A stretch of 38,621 nucleotides of DNA. It comes from Patescibacteria group bacterium. Lineage in GTDB: Bacteria > Patescibacteriota > WWE3 > UBA101185 > UBA10185. Made by a program: the position numbers and the translations under genes. Location: contig BPJL01000009.1 in assembly GCA_026004595.1 (NCBI GenBank), positions 1 to 38,621 on the forward strand, read 5' to 3'. Within the stretch, counting starts at the first letter, position 1. Every line of letters begins with the position of its first letter. The notes under the pieces are model-generated. The model was not told the origin of the DNA. It worked only from the letters and a program-made list of their open reading frames with translations, and did no database searches. Positions 35,803 to 38,621 of this stretch are shown here, piece by piece.

Positions 35803-36112
35803 ATGAAACTAACAAAAGATTTTCAAAATCTAAATTATCTCTCACAAGGAGAGCATTCTCTTGAAGAAGTGTTGAGATTAGCTGGACTTGAAGAAGAAAA
35901 GCCAGAAAACGACGATGGATTTTGCTCGGTTTGTGGAAGTGAGCTAGAGGTGGGGGGAAGACGAAAGTTTTGATGAAGATGGATTAGTGGTTTTACCTTA
36001 TTTGTATTGTCCTAGGTGCAAAGAAAAAAATATGAGCTTATCAGATATTCTAATTGAAAGTTATAAAAATCTTAACGAAAAGGAAAAAAAAGAGAAATGG
36101 TTGAGAGAATGA
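35803..36112 (+). CDS. Zn-ribbon protein (one frame break)
   Basis: CSVCGSE...YCPRCKE is recovered after a shift at the G6 run 35952-35957. Confidence 0.45.
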
Positions 36113-36174
36113 AAAAAATTACTTTTTGAAATTAATGTTTTCTTAAATGTTTTGGAATTGGAGGAACAAGGAAA

Positions 36175-36960
36175 ATGGGCTGGCTAAGAATTAGTGAATT
36201 AGCCAAAAAATACGGAGTTTCTTACCGCACACTTTATCGGTTTTTGTGCATAAGTATGGTATGCCTTCAAAGAAGGCTTTAATGTTGGTTGAATATGTTG
36301 GAAGCGGTGGAAAATTTGACAAAGAGGTAAAAAAAAGAAAACAAAAAAGAGAGGTTTTGATGGTCAGGGAAGAGGATTGGCTTGATGTTCCGACTTTTTT
36401 AAGAAAAAAAATACGAAAAAAAATGATAACCGAAAACAGACAGCTTAACACAATTCTCACTAGATTTTTGACAGCTCTTGTTATTGTTTTAGTTTTTGGG
36501 ATTGTAGATGTTCAAAGAGACAAGGAAGTTGCCCAAGCCGTATCTAATGTGATTGAGACGCCGAAACCCACCCCAGAATTGATTACAGAAGCCCAGAAGA
36601 CTAATGTAGATGTTGTAGAGGGTAAAATCAGAAAAGGAAAAAAATTGAAGAATACATCAGGGAAAAATTTGGAAAAGATGCCGACAAAGCTTTTTTGCTT
36701 TTGAGTGGAAATGAAAACTGCGGTGGGGAAAACCCCAGACTCGATCAAAGAGCCGTGAATATCAATAAGGACGGTTCAAAGGATTTTGGAATTTTCCAAA
36801 TAAATGATAAATATCACCCGGTTTATAGGCTTAATCTACATACCGATCTGGAGAGCAAACATTGACTATGCCTACCGGATGTTCGTTAACGATGCAGACT
36901 ATACCTTTCACTCGGAGGTGGGCAACTGCAAAATGCCTTTTGAGGCACGGAATAAAAATT
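36175..36960 (+). CDS. bitopic membrane protein: N-terminal HTH-like region, FtsZ C-terminal-peptide-like motif, TM helix, lysozyme-like/SLT domain (about 3 frame breaks; 3' end uncertain)
   Basis: WLRISELAKKYGVSYRTLYRF. EEDWLDVPTFLRKKIRKK at 36381-36410. TM FLTALVIVLVFGIV. LLLSGNENCGGENP..AVNINKDGSKDFGIFQINDKYH..NIDYAYRMF resembles lysozyme-like transglycosylases. Confidence 0.5.
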
Positions 36961-36978
36961 TAAAAAAAGAAGATAAAA

Positions 36979-37197
36979 ATGAAAAGAGAAAAACAAACAT
37001 CATTAAAAGACACTCAAAAAAAACAGATATGTTATATTTGTGGTGAAAAAGAAGAGGAATTAGAGTATCGTGGCTGGTATTCTAAAAACGGAAAAGTCAT
37101 ATGCTATGATTGCCACGAATGCCGTTTACTAGAAAAAAATGAAAATAAACTTAACCGAAAACATAACCAAACAAAAAAAAATCTCAACAAGCGATAA
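36979..37197 (+). CDS. Zn-ribbon protein
   Basis: CYICGE...CYDCHEC; Lys-rich ends. Confidence 0.5.
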   Translation: MKREKQTSLKDTQKKQICYICGEKEEELEYRGWYSKNGKVICYDCHECRLLEKNENKLNRKHNQTKKNLNKR

Positions 37198-37389
37198 AAA
37201 GTATTCAAGTGAGATAAAGACAATGAACTTTTGTGTTCAGAACCGAAAATTAGACAATGATGAGGGAAGCAGATGGTCTGCACGGGACAGAAAGTTGAAA
37301 TTAAGGTGAATGGTAAAACTTATAAAGCTACGATCCAGTAATTTTTCAGTTGGCGGGGGACATATAATTTTTATATTACGGAGGAAAAA

Positions 37390-37545
37390 ATGAAAAAACA
37401 AGACCTTGAAAAACTTAAACATATTTTTTTCGAGAAGTTGGAGCGAAAAAACGGGGTGGGGAAAAGAAGAAGTCAAGAAGCTTTGGCTGGAAGCCGTTAT
37501 TGAGTTTTTAGTTGGAGGAGGAAGAAAAATGAAAAGAAGGGGGTG
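37390..37545 (+). CDS. hypothetical small protein (one frame break)
   Basis: SD GGAGG precedes ATG 37390. MKKQDLEKLKHIFFEKLERK then ..GWGKEEVKKLWLEAVIEFLVGGG. Confidence 0.35.
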
Positions 37546-37550
37546 AAATT

Positions 37551-37910
37551 ATGTCAGATTTAATAGACAAAGACAAAATAGAAAAACTAGTTGTTGACGC
37601 AATTAGCAGATACCTTGATGAGGATTATTTAAGGGGCTTTATTGCGAAAGTGGTTTCAAGTGCCCTCAACGATAGGGCAGACTATTATGGCAACGAAACA
37701 GTAATTGAAAAAAAGTTGAAAGAAAAAGTTAGGGAAATAGCAATGCAAGAGTTGGAGAAGGAGCTGGATAAAAATAAAGAGCGGATTAGGAAGGCAGTAA
37801 AAAAGATTTTAGAGGAAAAGGGGTTGGACATTATTATAGAGAGAATTTCAAGATCGTCAGCTCAAAAAATAGCGGAAGCAATACAGATAGAGGCGTGGCT
37901 GGAGGAGTAA
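37551..37910 (+). CDS. hypothetical helical protein
   Basis: SD GGGGGTGA precedes ATG 37551. 119 aa, charged and helical. Confidence 0.55.
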   Translation: MSDLIDKDKIEKLVVDAISRYLDEDYLRGFIAKVVSSALNDRADYYGNETVIEKKLKEKVREIAMQELEKELDKNKERIRKAVKKILEEKGLDIIIERISRSSAQKIAEAIQIEAWLEE

Positions 37911-37917
37911 TAGAAAT

Positions 37918-38190
37918 ATGAAAGTTTATAGAATTTATGAGCCATATCATGAAAGTTCCGAGAGCGGAACTGTTGATTATGGAATTTTCTCAAGCAAAGA
38001 CAAGGCAATTGAGGTGCTGAAAAAGATTTGTAAAGAAAAAAGAAAAAAAAACGGAAAGCGTTGGAATTTTTGCAAGAGAGGAAGGTTGCCATATCTGTTT
38101 TATTTGGCTTGGGATGAATCTCGTTGTGTTTATATCAAAGAGTATGATTTAGACAAAGAAATCTTGGAAGATATAGTTGGTTATACATAA
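37918..38190 (+). CDS. hypothetical protein
   Basis: 90-aa ATG ORF. Confidence 0.5.
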   Translation: MKVYRIYEPYHESSESGTVDYGIFSSKDKAIEVLKKICKEKRKKNGKRWNFCKRGRLPYLFYLAWDESRCVYIKEYDLDKEILEDIVGYT

Positions 38191-38212
38191 AGAACTAGAG
38201 GAAGAGAGAAAA

Positions 38213-38412
38213 ATGAAAAAAAAATTACTGAGGTAAAAGTTAAACACTATTTTAGGTTGGTTTGTGCTGATTGTGGGCAAGACCTTGGTGCGATAGAACC
38301 TAATTTTTTTGGGTCTGATTCTCAAATTTTTTTAATTTTAGATAAAGAATGTTTTAATTGTCACGGTAAGAATTTAGAAGTGCTTGTTTCTAGCTTAAGA
38401 TTAAAGAAGTGA
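38213..38412 (+). CDS. Zn-ribbon protein (frame break in an A-run at the start)
   Basis: ATG 38213 followed by an A9 run, then ..VKHYFRLVCADCGQ...CFNCHGK. Confidence 0.4.
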
Positions 38413-38621
38413 AAATCAACATATCCGAAAACACAATTAAAGAATACAAAATTTCAACAAGCGATTATAAATATTCTGTTGAATTGAAAATCACTGATGA
38501 TTTTATAGAAATTAACAACAACTATGGAGAAGGATTTGTTTTTCAAAACATCAAAGACGAAAAAACTATTGCTAAATGGAAAAAAATTATTGGGCTTATC
38601 AACGAGGCTATAAAGATAGCT
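38409..38621 (+). CDS. hypothetical protein, open at the window end (wraps to nt 24 if circular)
   Basis: GTG 38409 overlaps the previous stop. 71 codons end exactly at the window end. In a circular read-through it stops at TGA 22-24. Confidence 0.4.
   Translation, partial: MKINISENTIKEYKISTSDYKYSVELKITDDFIEINNNYGEGFVFQNIKDEKTIAKWKKIIGLINEAIKIA

Noticed and set aside
37363-37368. TATAAT upstream of the 37390 gene as a promoter.
   Set aside because: There is no -35 or TG extension at the right spacing. The sequence immediately upstream is GC-rich. Support is insufficient.
82-38092. All minus-strand ORFs in the supplied track (60-138 aa).
   Set aside because: They lie antisense to recognisable plus-strand genes. 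They are Phe/Leu/Ile/Ser-rich shadow translations of A-rich coding DNA. They have no SD or start context and no motif. Gene packing on the + strand leaves no room for them.
1-38621. Alternative genetic code (TGA, TAG or TAA reassignment) as the explanation for the fragmented genes.
   Set aside because: Fragments continue in a different frame, not in the same frame through a stop. Where the same frame resumes (terL halves), the intervening 339 nt contain all three stop codons several times in that frame.
1-38621. Lysogeny module (integrase, repressor, attP), DGR, retron, toxin-antitoxin or other named defence systems.
   Set aside because: I could not recognise tyrosine or serine recombinase motifs, a reverse transcriptase, or paired toxin/antitoxin signatures by eye. 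The absence cannot be proven without profile searches.

Overview
The window reads as one compact, AT-rich tailed-phage genome with every credible gene on the + strand. It is probably complete and circular or circularly permuted. The last ORF runs off the 3' end in frame and would stop at nt 22-24, ATGA-coupled to the first gene.

Gene order:
- 0-2 kb: small genes, a GC-rich structured RNA leader and a PD-(D/E)XK resolvase-like nuclease.
- 2-10 kb: packaging and head module. It holds terS, a ParB-DNA methyltransferase, a large terminase split into ATPase and nuclease genes by an embedded gene, portal, scaffold and major capsid protein.
- 10.2-16.7 kb: a glycosylation island wedged between capsid and tail genes. 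It holds GT2-TPR, GT4, GT2, a TagD-like cytidylyltransferase, a solo TnpB element and two more GT-A-type genes.
- 16.7-26.7 kb: adaptor-like and nozzle-like tail proteins, a very basic small protein, large internal (ejection-type) proteins, a tail fibre and a LamG-type lectin.
- 26.7-28.5 kb: lysis cassette with a CHAP endolysin.
- 28.5-30.5 kb: HNH nuclease, metallophosphoesterase and an orphan fibre-like gene.
- 30.5-38.6 kb: early/replication module. It holds a P-loop ATPase, a NinG/Rap-like nuclease, a RecB/Cas4-like exonuclease, an SSB-like protein and several Zn-ribbon ORFs. It also holds a membrane-anchored lysozyme-like protein carrying an FtsZ C-terminal-peptide look-alike.

I recognised no tape measure, tail tube, integrase, DNA or RNA polymerase, tRNA or CRISPR array. 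By inference this is a podovirus-like phage that depends on host polymerases.

Major caveat: roughly 40-50 reading-frame breaks by hand count (not computed). Nearly all are +1 shifts, mostly at short homopolymers, and they hit essential genes too. Many CDS coordinates below therefore span several listed ORF fragments. All functional calls rest on motifs read by eye and on synteny, not on database searches.

The most interesting items are:
- the glycosylation island inside the structural module;
- the FtsZ-tail mimic fused to a lysozyme-like domain;
- a fixed 36-nt promoter cassette ending exactly at the ATG of structural genes, which suggests leaderless late mRNAs;
- the GC-rich structured RNA at 898-1144;
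- the split terminase.
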